64,000 nt of DNA from positions 50,344,001 to 50,408,000 of the forward strand of contig OX597815.1 in NCBI GenBank assembly GCA_951406725.2, written 5' to 3'. A program made the translations under genes and the position numbers. This DNA is from Octopus vulgaris (taxonomy: Eukaryota). Under the pieces are notes generated by a model. That model was not told the DNA's origin, made no database searches, and saw only the letters and a program-made list of their open reading frames with translations. This document shows positions 13,746 to 30,325 of the stretch, piece after piece (the first letter of the stretch is position 1; the number at the start of each line of letters is the position of its first letter).

Positions 13746-15059
13746 TACTGACAGCTGTGTGAAAGATTTCAAATCTTTGCAGTAATGAATTGTTAGAGAC
13801 ATCAACTATCACTCAAAACAAAAAATGGGAACAATATGAGTCGTTTTAACATCAAACATTTTTTTGTAGCTCACTTTTTAGTTTTTCTCTTTTTATTTTC
13901 TACAATGTCAGAGCTGGAAAACACCCAAAATATTACCTAAGATATATAACAAATATGGTCACCCTATTGAATACAGGGAAAAGTAAATAAAAGAGAAAAA
14001 CATGGAAAACAAGAGATGCACATATAAGTGTAAGACTGGCATTTTGAACAGATTGAATGTGTTTGTAACCACACTTTAAGCATACAAAATAAACTGACAG
14101 AGAAACCAGCATATAGAAAAAGACAATGGCACTCTAAGAAACAAGAGTTATGCAACCTAAACAAGTTAATCAACAATAGAAAGGAAACTAGTGATATCAC
14201 AATGACACAAGGGTTTCTAGTTAGAAGAATGAAATTTCTAACCCTTACTGACAGCAAAGGTTTTTCTTCTGTCTGTACACAAGTGGTGGCTGGTTGCATT
14301 ATATATTACTATATGACATTGAAACTTAGCCAATATATGTGTAGAGTACTTACTCTCGCTGCAACATCTGGCAGATATGAGGGAGAAAAATGTATAAGAC
14401 ATGAATCTGGAGGAAAGACTAAATTAAGGTGAGATAAGAAATAAGTTTAGAATTAAAGTAAGCTTATCTATATAATAGATGAGAGCCAGAAAATCTAACC
14501 ATTTGAGGATGACAGATAGCTTCATGAGAAAATGGTTTTGCCTAAATGAAGCAAGCAGGAAGACTATCTCTGTTGTAAAAGAAGTAGAACAAAAGAATTG
14601 GTTAGGGGTGAGACAAAGATAAAAGAGGTAATTCAATATATTTATTTAAAATAACTGAATAAAGTCATTTAAGACACTGGATTAGTATAAAACGTCTTTC
14701 ACATTGATATCAGGCATTAGATTTATAGGATAGAGAGATTGGAAGGGGAGGAATTCATGCTTTTCTGAAAAGTATTATAGGGACATAAATGAAAATGACA
14801 AATGATTTTCCTGATAAAAAGAGGAGTAAAGAAAACTCAGCATAGCTGTGTTAAAGAAACTATTTATCTTAAACATTAATATTGTCATCATCGTCAGTGA
14901 GGTACGTTTGGATGCTATTTCTAGCATATCAAGTAACTGTATAGCGATTTCCTCACCAGCTTGGCCAATGAGGATTTCTTTTACATAGGTAAACTATATT
15001 AAGGCATTCAGGCTAAATTTGACAGCTTGCAAAAAAGGAGAAGGAAACACAATTGAAAA

Positions 15060-16340
<1,281 letters not shown>

Positions 16341-18021
16341 TAGATATATATATATACATATGTATGTATATATATGTATGCATGTATATATAACTAAGTT
16401 CACTAGGCATCATGACAAAGCTTTGAACATTCAGTAACAACTGGTAATCCGAAAGGAAGAAGTTAAAGTTGTAGACAGCAAAGGGAGAAGGTACTTGATG
16501 GCCTTACCAGCTGACTACGGAAAGATCACCCTTATGGTGGTGGTAGAGATGGTGATGAAGGTGGAAGTATTTGGTGGTGATGGTGGTGGTGGTGATGATG
16601 ATTATAACGATGATGACGACGATGATGAGGACGACGATGACGACGACAATGATGATGATGATGATGATGTTTTTTAGACCCACCCTAGCACCAATCAAGT
16701 AGACATAAGTTCAATCATGACCATCATATCTTCACTTTGGCAAGGATTACATTGTCCAAAGTAAATTTTTCTCATATTTAAGATGTTATGTGGTGATTTG
16801 AGAGAGGTTTGGTCACTATTTCTAGTAAGAAGAGCCACTACATACAGGTTTCTCTTCAGCTTGTATACTGACAACAGTGTTAATATTATGATAATGATGG
16901 TCATAGTAGTAATTGCCGTTGTTGTCACCAGTATTGATAATGACTCTTTAAATATTGATGAGGGTGGTGGTGATGATGATGATGATGATGAAGAGGAAGA
17001 GGGAGAGGAGGGGGAGGATGGTAGTGGTGGTGGTTTTCTGAATGAAGAGGAAAAAAATAAGAGACAGTTGTTGACATATACAACAATGACAGTGATCTTG
17101 ATGATAACCAAGAGTAATGTCAAGAGAAGCATTGATAATGTGTTGAGGCATGAGTGCTATTGTTGTCTCACAATTCAAACTGAACACCACACAATGCAAC
17201 ATTTTATTTTCCCAGAGGATGCAATAGCTGAAGCTTATACACAGCCTCCGGACGACTAGAAATAACAGCCAAACTGCTCTTAAAATATGTACTGAGAATA
17301 TTAAAGAAAGGAAGACCAACATATTGTGTGAATAAGTTCTTGAAAGTGTTGTATCTCAGTTTGTTGAGTGCCATTTTGTCTCTATTAACTCTGGATGTAT
17401 TGCTCTATCAGTAACAGTGAGATACTCTGAGAAAAACACTATATAGTCAATACATATTTGTAATATATTTATCAACAACATAGCATCTTTGTAATAGTAT
17501 AGCAACAGCATAGCATCATTGATAAGCAGAGTCATATAACATATCGCTGAGGGAGATAGCCATGGATGGAGACAGCAGGTTACTACCAGATATAGAAGAA
17601 ATCCTTACAAGATTGTTTGACCTACCACTTGAAATTGAGCCAATGAGGAGGCCTTCATTGACAGAGGTTTCCTTCTTTTTGACTTTGAGGCACACTGGAG
17701 ATTAAGCAAATATTTACTTGTCCACTTCATATAGACAGTTTAAAATCATTGATGCAGTTTGCAGGGGAAGTTTTCTAAAAATGTTTTAAATATTAAAATT
17801 TAGCAAGAAATAGAGAAAACTTATCTTGTTTTATTAATCATTCTTATGTATAATAAAATATTGCATAGCATGCTTTCTGCAATGATCAGGCAACAGTATG
17901 GAATTTTTTAATTCTTACATAGTGTTTTTAAACATTTGAGGGACATAGGTGCACCATTCTCTACAGGGTTGCTTTATCTGCTAGAAATACTCACTAAATC
18001 TTCTCCATATTGCACATTTCT

Positions 18022-18517
18022 TATTTCTTTATTGCCCACAAGGGGCTAAACATAGAGGGGACAAACAAGGACAGGCAAACGGATTAAGCCAATTAGATCG
18101 ACCCCACTGCAGAACTGAGACTTAATTTATCGACCCTGAAAGGATGAAAGGCAAAGTCAACCTAGGTGGAATTTGAACTCAGAACGAAACAGCAGACGAA
18201 ATACCACTAAGCATTTCGCCTGGCATGCTAATGTTTCTGGAATTTGTGGAATTTGAACTCAGAACATAATGGCAGACGAAATACCTATTTCTTTACTACC
18301 CACAAGGGGCTAAACACAGAGGGGACAAACAAGGACAAACACACGGATTAAGTCGATTATATCGACCCCAGTGTGTAACTGGTAATTATTTAATCGACCC
18401 CGAAAGAATGAAAGGCAAAGTCAACCTAGGTGGAATTTGAACTCAGAACGTAACAGCAGACAAAATACCACTAAGCATTTCGCCTGGCATGGTAATGCTT
18501 CTGCCGGCATGCTGCCT
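18022..18517 (-). mobile_element. Tandem SINE family B copies (two near-full plus a partial)
   Basis: The GCCCACAAGGGGCTAAAC...GGAATTTGAACTCAGAAC unit is repeated. Confidence 0.85.
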
Positions 18518-19052
18518 TTATATTAATCATTTCTGTTACTATTTTTCTGTTGAAATACCGACTATTACAATTAGTTTTAAAAGTAAAGAAGAATTTAGTA
18601 AAATGATTTTTAAATAATTTTGCCATAATCAATCTATTTATAGAACTTTTGAATTTCATCACAGTTTGTATACATAATGATCATAGATGTGCTAATCATT
18701 ATAATCTCAAGAATCTATTTAAAAATGTAATAAATTCTTTTACTTATCCTTTTCATTGATTAATTTTAAAATATTTAGAAGTAAAGTTGTACAAAGTTAA
18801 AGTTGCCTGAGGGTATTATAATGTTTCCACATTTGTTAGTTGACATCACTGTCTTACGCAATATGTAAGAATTTGTTATTTCATGCAGATGTACATGTGT
18901 CTGAAGAAACATCTGTTTGGATCATTCTATACATGCATATATATATATATACATACATGCATATATATATATATACATATATACTCATACATATACATAT
19001 AGATACATATATATATACAATATACATACATGCACACACACATATATATATG

Positions 19053-19101
<49 letters not shown>

Positions 19102-19617
19102 GCACATTTGTGACAACACATAAACATGTGTCTGAACAGACATCTGTTTAATTATGTATCTCACTCACTTTCTCCCCACTCTCTCTCTCTCTCTCTCTTT
19201 ATATATATATATATATGTATACATATACATATAAGTATATGTATGTATGCTTATGTAAATACACACACATATATATATGTACACATATGTATGTAGTATA
19301 TAGATATATACATTTTTATATAATATGGGTATATAAAATATGTCTATATATATGTATTTGAATATATATTTTCTATGTGTATTTGTATACGCATATATGT
19401 GTCCTTTAAATTATGTATCTTTTGTTTTATAATTTCAATGCCTTTAAGAGAGAATAAATTATATGTATGTACTTGATTATGTAGCTGTGTTTCTGACTCT
19501 ATGTATGGGTGTATATTATGTCTAAATGCACATAATAAATGTACATAAAGTTACACATGTATGTGTGTGTTATTCATGCATTCAGGTGTCTGTATTTCTA
19601 TCTATGTTTGTGTTTTG

Positions 19618-19651
<34 letters not shown>

Positions 19652-20252
19652 TGAGATTTTGATTGTGTCTGTATAAGATTATGTGTTTAAGTATAAGCAT
19701 CTGTTAGCGAGATGGAGCATGTTTATATGCATACATATAAACATTCATGTATAAGTATACTTGAATGTTTAAATGTGTATGAATATTAATATGAATGAGA
19801 ATGTGAACTTGAAAGTGTGTGAGTGAGAGAAAGAGCAAGTGTGCATATGTGTGTATGTGTGCATATGTTGGAGTGTATTACTGTGTGTGTGTGTGTGTGT
19901 GTATGTGTGTCGACTTCAATGCCCCCAGTTAGAATTAATTACTACATAGCAAGGCAGAAATTTGGCCATATTTTCAGATGTTAGTTGTAAGATAATAGAA
20001 GAACAAAGAGGATGGTTCTTCTGTTGTGACTATCAGACTGTAATATGAATTTTTACCTCAAATCAAAAATTCATTTGAAAAATCAATTTCCCAATTTTCC
20101 CTTGAGAGACTTTTAATAGATAATACATTGCATGTTGACGACCTAACTGTATGTGTAAGTATGTATGTATGTGTGTTTCTGTGTGTACATATATATATAT
20201 TTATGTATTATACACATTTGTATGTGTCTATGTATATTTGTAAGCATATGTT

Positions 20253-20316
<64 letters not shown>

Positions 20317-20630
20317 TATGTGTGTGTGGGTGTATGCATTATATAGACATATATATTATATAAATAAGTATATATGTGCGTGCGTATATAAATATATCTG
20401 TACATATATATGAATGTACATACAGACACACATAAACATACATTCATACAGCCATACTTACATATACATCCATACACACATGTATGTAGGTGTACAGAAT
20501 CTATTGCAACTGTGTGCATTCTTATTCTTTCATGTGCATATGTACATGCACAAGTGTGAAAATACGTGTGTGTATGTTAATGTTCATACATTCATACATG
20601 TGAAGAAATCTTTGTGTGATTTATAGTATA

Positions 20631-20727
<97 letters not shown>

Positions 20728-22157
20728 ATGTGTTTTAAATGCTATGATGTGTGGGTCTATTTAAATGGATTTGTGTACTGGCATGTGTTCATGTACGTTC
20801 ATTCACCCATACTAGAAACAGTGCTAAACTGTTTGTGTTTGTACATATGTATGTAGAAGTATCTAAAATATGTATAAACTAATGCATGCAGCAGAACCTC
20901 AGCTGGTAGTTAGGCATACATTCATACATATATATATACATATATATATATATATACATATGTATGTGTGTGTGTGTGTGTGTGTGCATGTGTGTATCTG
21001 TTTAATCATTCTGTCCTTCTTTTTATCTCCCTTTCTAATTATCTATCTGTGTATATGTATATATATATGTCCATGTATATATGTATATATGGGATGCATC
21101 AATTTATCTATTTCATGGTTTATCTCTTCCTTTTATATACATGTATATATGTGGGTATATATATACACACACACAGCTATACACATGGTTGATAAAAGTA
21201 TTAAGGGGCAAGTATTTTTTTCAATACATGTCTCTAATTATATATTAAAAAATATTTAGATAAATGTGTGTATCCTCACATCTTTTTATATACCTGATAT
21301 GCCTGTATGTATATGTGTGTATGCATGTATACATATGTGTGCACATGAGTAAGCTGGCATGCATAATATGGGAATGTGTGTGTGTGTTTGTGCATGTGTG
21401 TGTGTGCACATGTGTGTGTATGTATGTATGCATATATATATGTCTTTTAGTGCAGGCAGAAGGCTCATACTCCCATATGCATGCATCTGTGCCTGTATGC
21501 GAATGAGATATTCTAACACATATGAGGAAACCTTAAAGGAAAGATGGGAAGATTTTTATCTAGTTTAATAGCAAATGGTCATATATCAAGTTATTGGCAA
21601 CCAATCAGGTTGACAATATGACTGCCAGAAATACTGTTGATTTCAACTGATGAAAGCTTTATCCTAGGTAACTCCACTATATTCATGCAAAGAAAATTAA
21701 TAATAGAATACAGAGATTATATCACGACATGAGAAAGGTTTATGCTAAGCTGAGATATCATTGCTGTCTTAATCCATCGTGAAAGAAAAAGGAAAGGAAA
21801 AAAAGATAAAGAAAATAAACAAAAAAAAATTGCTTCCGTTGAACAAATTAATATTGCTATGAGGAGGTTTGTCAAATGTCTATTTATATTAAGTTCGCAA
21901 TGTATTGATAATATGGCTTTATAGAGACTATAAGACTTCAATTTCTGTGTAGAAAACTCACATATGGTAGGACTTAGGAAGGTGAAGATTCATAAAAACA
22001 TGAATAAATAAAATAAAAACAATAAATAGAAATAATCAAAAAAAAAGTGGAGGGAAAGAAAAATAGGAACTTCTATCTTACATAAGTGATGCCGGCAAGA
22101 AAGATGGTGATAGTTAAAGGGAGTTATGGTGATGTGATATTAATGATAACTCTAGTA

Positions 22158-22235
<78 letters not shown>

Positions 22236-22236
22236 C

Positions 22237-22288
<52 letters not shown>

Positions 22289-22290
22289 TG
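22158..22290. repeat. Compound (CTG)n(ATG)n(GTG)n microsatellite
   Basis: Read directly from the sequence. Confidence 0.95.
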
Positions 22291-22455
22291 TGTTTTAGTT
22301 ACAACACCATCTGTATTAAAGAAGTGCAATTATGGTTGAAGTCAATGTGGTATACTGCATCTACTGCATCCACATCTAAAGCAACGGATCCGTAAATTAG
22401 CCTTTAAATCATACACGTACACACACACACACATGCACGCATGCACACGCACTTC

Positions 22456-22592
22456 ATAACAGGTTAACTCAACTCCACTTAAAGTTTCATATGCACAGAC
22501 ACATGACTGCATCATCAGATGTATAGACACTGTAACGTCTGAATCTGTGCCGACAAAACTTAAAGTAATGTAGAGTTGAGTTAGCCTGTTAT
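22456..22592. ncRNA. Diverged inverted repeat with a split hammerhead motif
   Basis: Minus arm: TACAT-CTGATGA-TGCA...TGCA..GAAAC-TTTAA-GT. Plus arm: AAAAC-TTAAA-GTA-ATGTA. Stem I TACAT/ATGTA is reconstructed from the two arms. Confidence 0.55.
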
Positions 22593-23280
22593 TAAATACT
22601 TAAAACATCAACTAAATGTAGTGAGTGCTACTTTCTTTTCTTTGTTCCGCTACCCTCATATTTGTTTGCTTTTCTGATAATTTTTCTTGTGTTACCATGA
22701 TTACTTGAATGCTTTACCGAATATTATTTTACAGCCAGAAACTCTTCCTGTTATTAAACCTTAGCTGTTTTTCATGTAAAAGGTTTCTTATTTTACATGT
22801 CATTGATTTGTGAATCAACATCACCACTTATAGCTTGCAATATTTCTAAAGGCACAAACGTAATCAAATGCACTCACACACATACATTCACGTGTGCACA
22901 GATGGATGTACGTATATATATATATATATATGATGGACATGTTTCAGCTTCAATGAACAAAACCTACTCACACAGCTGTGATCAACCCTGAGTTATAGTG
23001 GAAGATACTTGCCTAAGATGCCACACCATGGGAATGAACCTGAAACTACTTGGTTGGGAAGTGAACTTCTTAGTATGTGAATGTATTTGTATGTGTATGT
23101 ATGTATATATATATAGCAGGCTTCTTTCAGTTTCCGTCTACCAAATCTACTCATAAGGCTTTGGTCAACCCGAGGTTATAGTATATAGTAAATGACACTT
23201 GTCCAAGGTGTCACACAGTGGGACTGAACCCAGAACCATAGTGTTGGGAAGCAAACTTTTTGCCACACGGCCACACTGTG

Positions 23281-23330
<50 letters not shown>

Positions 23331-23352
23331 TAGATAGATAGATAGATAATTG

Positions 23353-23383
<31 letters not shown>

Positions 23384-24246
23384 CATACATGCATGCATGC
23401 ATACATACATACATACATACATACATACATACATACATACATACACACACATATAATACATATATATGTGTGTGTGTATATATATATGTATATATATATA
23501 TTAATAATAATAATAATAATAATAATGATAATAATAATAATAATGGTGGTGGTGGTGGTGGTGGTAGCTGAGGCAGTCAGGGATGACAATGATAGTAAGT
23601 GATGTGAAAGACAGTGGTGATGGTGGTGGAGGGGAAGGTGGCAAAGTCAAAGGTATTGATGGTAGTGACATCAGAAGTCTGAATGGTGTGTGCATGGCAG
23701 TTATGGTGACGATGGTGGTGGTACTGGTGATGGTGATGGTTGAAAACTATCAACAGAAATAGAGAAAGAGAAATAAAGTGGTTACACAAAAAAAAATTGT
23801 ACAGACCTCCAAAAGGGAAGACAAAAAAATATTGTTTATCATACAACTTTGCAATAAGATCGAAGTCGACAAATTATATCATTGTTTTGATGAAAATTGT
23901 TCATTACTTGAAAAATATTGGTCGAGTTAATACAAATTTAATATGTACTCAATGCATGAAGAGCCCTATTGGGCAGCTTTTCAGCTACCATTTTTTTCCA
24001 TCCTTGTTTTCGTATACATTCACTACTTCCTTCCAAGGAATCTAAGGCTCTTAGCTTAGTTTTTCCTTGGGGCTGGCCAGATTGGAGCAATCTCAAATAT
24101 AAACAGCCAAAATTGCAAAGATAATCTGGAACTTGACTGAAGAAAGAAAACTTCGAATGACCTGTCCTTGTTTTCTTTGTATCGTCTGTCTGGATGTTTT
24201 GCGTTCTTGTCCCATGTTTGTATTTTTTATATATATAAAATATATG

Positions 24247-24282
<36 letters not shown>

Positions 24283-24869
24283 TAGATATGTAACAGAAGC
24301 AGTATGACTTGAAAATAGCCATGTGTGTATGATACTTAACATAAATTATATTGCAAAAAGTAAACTTAGTTATAGTCATTTTGATATAATATCTCTTATG
24401 GACGTGCAATGTTTAAAAACACCTCATATATTGGAGGGAGACAAAAATCATCCTAGCAGCAGCTGGGAAGAATGTTAGATACATTTCTGCCTCATTGTGC
24501 ATTCTCAGTAGCATATACTCACAGCTTGCTGCTGCAAAATCTGTCACTTCTTATGTAGGAAGACAGTAAATGAACAATCACTAGTGTAGCAAATATCTAC
24601 CTTGTTGATAATTCTCAATGAAAAGCAACCAGGTCAACAATAGCTTATGCTTAGTATAACTAATTTGCACTAGAAATATGAGCTCACCAAACTAATTTTT
24701 ACCAGAAGCTCAAGAATTCAGACTTTTCATAATTATCAATTTCCATCTATAGTGCAGGCAATGATTATGAAATCGTATATACATTGTCATTGCCAGCATT
24801 AACTCGTATTCAAGTAGTTAATATGTAGTGAGTGATTGAGCCTCTTCACCCTGATAGGTGTGAATGGTG

Positions 24870-25070
24870 TCAGTGCCTGAGGTGGTTGTTCAGGCCAACA
24901 GCAGTATAGAAGAACTGGAGGTATTTATCGCAGGGGAAAGTTGGTGGAGGGCAAGGAAGTGCGAGTTGCTCTTGACATCATCATTTGATCTCTGCTTCAT
25001 TGTGCAAGCACACTATATACACTCATACAGGTATGGCTTTCACAACCTTGGTCATCTGCAGGAATTTACA
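24870..25070 (-). pseudogene. Ancient RTE-like LINE C-terminal fragment
   Basis: Minus strand reads TFPCDKYLQFFYTAVGLNNHLRH, resembling the terminal C2H2-like motif of RTE-group ORFs. Confidence 0.4.
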
Positions 25071-26089
25071 GCCATATCCATTACAATTCTCACAACTATT
25101 ATCATGAAGCATCTACCACTAACACATGTTACACACTTTTGATAGATTGCATACACTGAACTTTCTACAGATTCACTTGTATAAAAGCACACAAATCCTT
25201 TAGATTTAATCGAAAGCAGTGAACACATTATGTAGACCCACTTGCATCTTGTACATTCATAGTATGCTCTTCATGTATTTTCTGTATACATTCACACGCA
25301 AATACATACGTACATGCATCATCAACATACTTTTAGAATAGTATTCACTGGTATGCCTAACATACATGCCTTTTGAGTATATCTGTAACATTTGCCCCTT
25401 TTTAGTATGTCTGTAACTTATATATTCTGTTGTGTCTGGGAAGAGTCATTTTCTTTTTGTGCCTTATCCCCAGACACAACAGACTATGCTTCAACACACG
25501 AACTCATGTAAAGAATCTTGCAAACCAAATCCAAAAACGAAATGTAACTTGCATCTTTTCTGTATATATGTTTCTGTGGTTGAAAGTGAAGTTTCATATC
25601 ATATGTACATTTTATTAGGGTTGATATAGCTGCTGCAGCTAAACAGTTTTATCAACCAGTATGGAATGTGAATAAAATCATTTCATCTGTTGTGCATTGT
25701 TTTGTTTTGTTTTTTAATTTGTAAATATTCAATTCTCCTCAAGCATAAGTCATTGCCAAACTCTAAAGTTCTGTAGAGCTGATAGAATGCATATGAGAGA
25801 GAGAGAGAGGGCATTATCAAGGGATACTGCAGCTGTGGCAAGAGCAGGGGGATAAAACATCAGTGAGTGACAACACAGATATATCAAGAAAGATAAGTTA
25901 CTATCAATGAAGTGTTTCATGCCAATACAGTCAAAGGTCCAAATAAGCACTCATTGTCTAAGAACTAAATATTTTAATACTGTATTTCAATTAACAGCTA
26001 TGATATTGCATCCTTATCTTATGAAGCTTTAAAACATGTAAATATAGTTTGAAACAATTGGATGGTTTTCCTTGTTTTTTTTTCATCAC

Positions 26090-26372
26090 AAAATCTGCCT
26101 CAAACTCACAGACACATGTGGTTGGAGCTTATGTGGACTTTTAAGGTATTTAGGCAACTGAAAGTACAAAACCTTCCCCACCACGAATTAGATGCCTGAC
26201 CATCACATGGATAATAACCCCACCCAATGGCAGGTGGTACTCATTTTTAGCTAAGTGGACTAGCTAAGATGAGCCCGGCTTAAGAATGCAACTTACTACC
26301 CAGTTCAAGAATTGAACTCACGACCTAACAATTGCAAGCCCAGCACTCTAACCATTAGGTTGTGTGCCTTCA
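26090..26372 (-). mobile_element. Old tRNA-headed SINE
   Basis: Minus-strand A/B-box-like head (CCTAATGGTTAGAGTG...GAGTTCAATTCT); body GGTACTCATTTTTAGCT is shared with 27880-28110. Confidence 0.55.
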
Positions 26373-27773
26373 CTTGTTATTACAATGCTACCTTTTTACT
26401 GAGGAGGAAACTAAATTTAAAGCTTGCAATACTAACATAATTTTGTTTTTTTATGTATTACATAAATGAAAGTTCCTAAAGATCAAGAACAACAATAATT
26501 ACAAAATACAGACATGAATAAAAAATGGGGAAACAATAATTACAGTTAAAAAAAAATATGACAAAGCCACCAGGAAGTTATTGGTAGCCTCTGCCCCTTA
26601 ATTTCAGTTTCGTTTTATTGTAACTGTTGCTAAAATCAGAAAATATTTGTGAACTATGGAAGAAAGCTGTAAACAAGAGGAATTCATTACAGACTTTTTC
26701 TTGAAATTATTTACTATCAAGAAAGATAAGTTACTATCAATGAAGTGCTAAAGAAATAATGACCTACTAACCCTGAATTGCAGATTCATTCAGTTTATCA
26801 TTAAAGTCTTACAAGACCAACAATGTCGCTGACAGTCACTGGGAATCTACAACAAGTCAATTTTGCTGCATAAATGAACTTTATTAGTTCTATGTCAGAT
26901 CCTTACTCAAACGTATACAAATTTAGACAGTCAGCTTCAATAAAAGTACGATAGCTTGATTGCTGACAACCTCTGGAGTGACCTAGCAAGACATCCGATG
27001 CCTATGATAACTATCTATCAATCACTTATTAGTACCATATATTGGCTGTGCAAGATAAATGACTAACAGAAATGCTTAGTGAACTAAAGACTATAAGCAG
27101 AGAATATGTATATACATGTATGTGTGTATGTGTGTGTGTATTGCATTGTATTTACACATATTCATATGTATAGAAACATGCACTACACACAATTAAAAAC
27201 ATATATAATTGCGCATGCAAACATATATATATATACAGTTTCAGAACTCACATGTGTATATGTGTAAACTCTAACAGAAGGATGAACACATGCAGTTGTA
27301 TGCATGAAAAAGACATTGATGTATGTCATAAATAAAGTTGCTCTGTATCAGTTGTTTGACAAATTTGAATAAATTGAAAACTAATTCCAATCAGAATGAT
27401 GTCACACAAAAGCAATCCTTCATATTTTTCTGATTAATTTTCTAGACCAAATTTCCAAAATGTCACTTTAAATTAATTCTCTCATAACTTCTTCTTCCAA
27501 TACAAGTTGAATTTATTGAAAGATTCCACAGGTTTTATCTTCCTATCTATGGAGGAATGTAAAATGATTTAATCACATGGGGACCTAATAATAGCAACAA
27601 CAGCAGTAGCATTAACAACAATAGCAGCGATAAAGAATAACAGAAGAACCATAGAGAAGAAGCAGATATGACCATTATAATAACTTTGTGATCTAGTGAT
27701 AATAATATCCCAATGGTGTATTTTTTGACATATGAGTTTCCAAGTTTGAGACCAATTGTCTACACATGTGAAA

Positions 27774-27804
<31 letters not shown>

Positions 27805-28336
27805 CATATGTGTGTCTATGCGTGTATGTATTGTATACTCATAGATATGAGGTTAAAGTGTTAATCAAGAGTTCAGGCATTGTGTTGTACCCCCTTAGGA
27901 AATGTGTATGTTAACTTTAAAAGTTAGTGTCTGTCTTGAGCTTACAGAGACATTAGGCCAGAGCTTATACTAGTTTCTGAGGCATTATGAAGCAGGGTTA
28001 ACCCCAAGTTGCTGCTACTGATACTCATTTCAGCTGAATGGAATGGAGCAACATAAAATCAAATACCTTCTTGAAGGGTATTACATGCTACTCAATCCAA
28101 GAAACAAATCTTACCACAACATTGCTTCTCCAAAAATACATCATCGTTATTATTTATACCCCCATTAATGCAGGCATGGCTATGTGGCTAAGAAGTTTGC
28201 TTCTCAACAATGTTACTTTGAGTTCAGTCCTATTGCATGGTATCTTAGGCAAGTATCTTCTATTTTAGCCCAAGGCTAACTAATTCCATATGAAGGAATT
28301 CTGTAGACATGTGACAGACTTCTTTTCAGTTCCTTT

Positions 28337-29310
28337 TATCATCATCATTATCATCATCATTATCATCATCATTTAACATTCATTGTCCATGCTGGCATGG
28401 GTTGGACGATTTGACTGAGCTGGCACATTGAAAGGCTGCACCAGGCTCCAGTCTTATTTGGCATGGTTTTCTATGACTGGATGCCCTTCCTAACGCCAAC
28501 TGCTTTGAGAATGTAATGGGTGCTTTTACGTGCCACTGGCATGGGTGCCATTTGTGTGACACTGGTATCTGCCACAACTGCGATTTTGCTCAGCTTGATG
28601 GGTCTTCTTCTCAAGCATGACATAATGCCAAAAGTCTTGGTCATTGCCTCTGTGAGGCCCAACACTCGAAAGGAACTCAGCCACTTTGCCTGTCAGGCCC
28701 AAAGCTTAAAAGAACTCAGTCATTATGCCTCCATGAGGCCCAATACTCAAAGGGAACTCAGCCACTTTGCCTCTGTGAAGCCCAGCATTCAAAGGTTGAT
28801 GCTTTGCATGCCACCAGCATGGGTGCACTTGGCTTGGTGGGTCCTCTTAAGCAGAGCATATCACCAAAGGTCTCAGTCACTAGTCACTGCCACTGAGAGG
28901 TTCAAAGTTCAAAGATCATGCTTCACCACCTCATCCCATGACTTCCTCAGTCAACCTCTACCACAGGTTCCCTCCACAGCTAGAGATCAGCTCTTCTTTA
29001 CACAGCTGTCCTCGTCCATATGCATCACATGACCATACCAGTGCAGTCATCTCTCTTGCACACCACATTTCATTCCTCTTATGCCTAACTTTTCTCTCAA
29101 GATGCTTGCACTCTGTCAAACATACATACTGACATTGCACACCCAGCGAATCATACTGGCTTCATTTCTTTCAAGCCTGCACATGTCCTTGGCTGTCATA
29201 GCCCATGTTTCACTGCCATGCAGCATGGCTGTTCACATACAGGCATCAAACAATCTGCCCTTCAGTCTGAGAGAGAGGACCTTTGTTGCCAGTAGTAGTA
29301 GGAGCTACTA
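28337..29310 (-). mobile_element. RTE LINE 3' portion (ORF end, 3' UTR with ~30-bp tandem units, (GAT)n tail)
   Basis: Homologous to 57550-58350 (LLATKVLS...WDEVVKHDL); tail at 28337-28372. Confidence 0.85.
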
Positions 29311-29883
29311 AATCAACACCCTGTACTTATTTTTAAGCCTGGTACTTATCTATCAGCTTCATATGCTAAACCACTAGGCTACAGGGATGTTAACAAACCA
29401 GCACTGGTTGTCAAGTGGTGGTGGGAGGTTCATACACGAACACAAAGACACACATACGAATACACACACACACACACACACACAAGTAAACACAAATGGC
29501 AATTAAAATTTACATCTGTTTTGGTAGCATTTTATTTATTTTAGTAAACAGTGTTGGTGACTTCAACAGTGTGAAAGTCTATCATTGTGGCAATCTTAGT
29601 AACCTTGGGTTGTAGACTTAATCCATCCACTGGCTATGCACCACCATCTTGGTTTTGGATGCATTAATTTAAGTAGTTTCTGTTGCAAGCATTCAGGCCA
29701 GGCTTCTAATATAAGGATAAATTCCTCACTTCTTCTCACACATCTTGGAGATACTGAAAATGGTCATATTCCAACCTTCATCTTCTGATGAAAATATATA
29801 TACAGATAAATAAATGAATATATATATATATATATATATAAATATATATATATGAAAATATATATATAAATAAATTAATATAT

Positions 29884-30121
29884 ACTCTTTTACTCTTTTA
29901 CTTGTTTCAGTGATTTGACTGTGGCCATACTGGAGCACCACCTTTAGTCGAGCAAATTGACCCCAGGACTTGTTCTTTGTAAGCCTAGTACTTATTCTAT
30001 CGGTCTCTTTTGCCAAACTGCTAAGTTACAGGGACATAAACACACCAGCATCGGTTGTCAAGCGATGTTGGGGGGGGGGACAAACCCAGACACACAAACA
30101 TATACACACACACATACATAC

Positions 30122-30158
<37 letters not shown>

Positions 30159-30325
30159 TACGATGGATTTCTTTCAGTTTCTGTCTACCAAATCCACTCA
30201 CAAGGCTTGGTCAGCTCAAGGCTATAGTAGAAGACACTTGCCCAAGGTGCCACATAGTAGGACTGAACCCGGAACCATGTGGGCTGGTAAGCAAGCTACT
30301 TACCACACAGCCACTCCTCCGCCTA
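29884..30325 (-). mobile_element. SINE family A, full length
   Basis: High similarity to 5658-6048. Confidence 0.85.

Noticed and set aside
16495-17322. Acidic, low-complexity 158-aa ORF
   Set aside because: Built from GAT/GAG/GGT repeats and SINE-like fragments; no splice or homology support.
21648-21680. Isolated CTGATGA (also at about 29785 and 35428)
   Set aside because: No downstream stem II-GAAA; chance 7-mers.
24040-24230. CTGAAGA-containing repeat (related to 48660-49020) as a hammerhead
   Set aside because: No consistent stem I or helix III could be paired in either copy.
28620-28800. CRISPR-like spaced repeats
   Set aside because: Contiguous degenerate tandem units in an RTE 3' UTR, with no unique spacers and no cas genes, in eukaryotic DNA.
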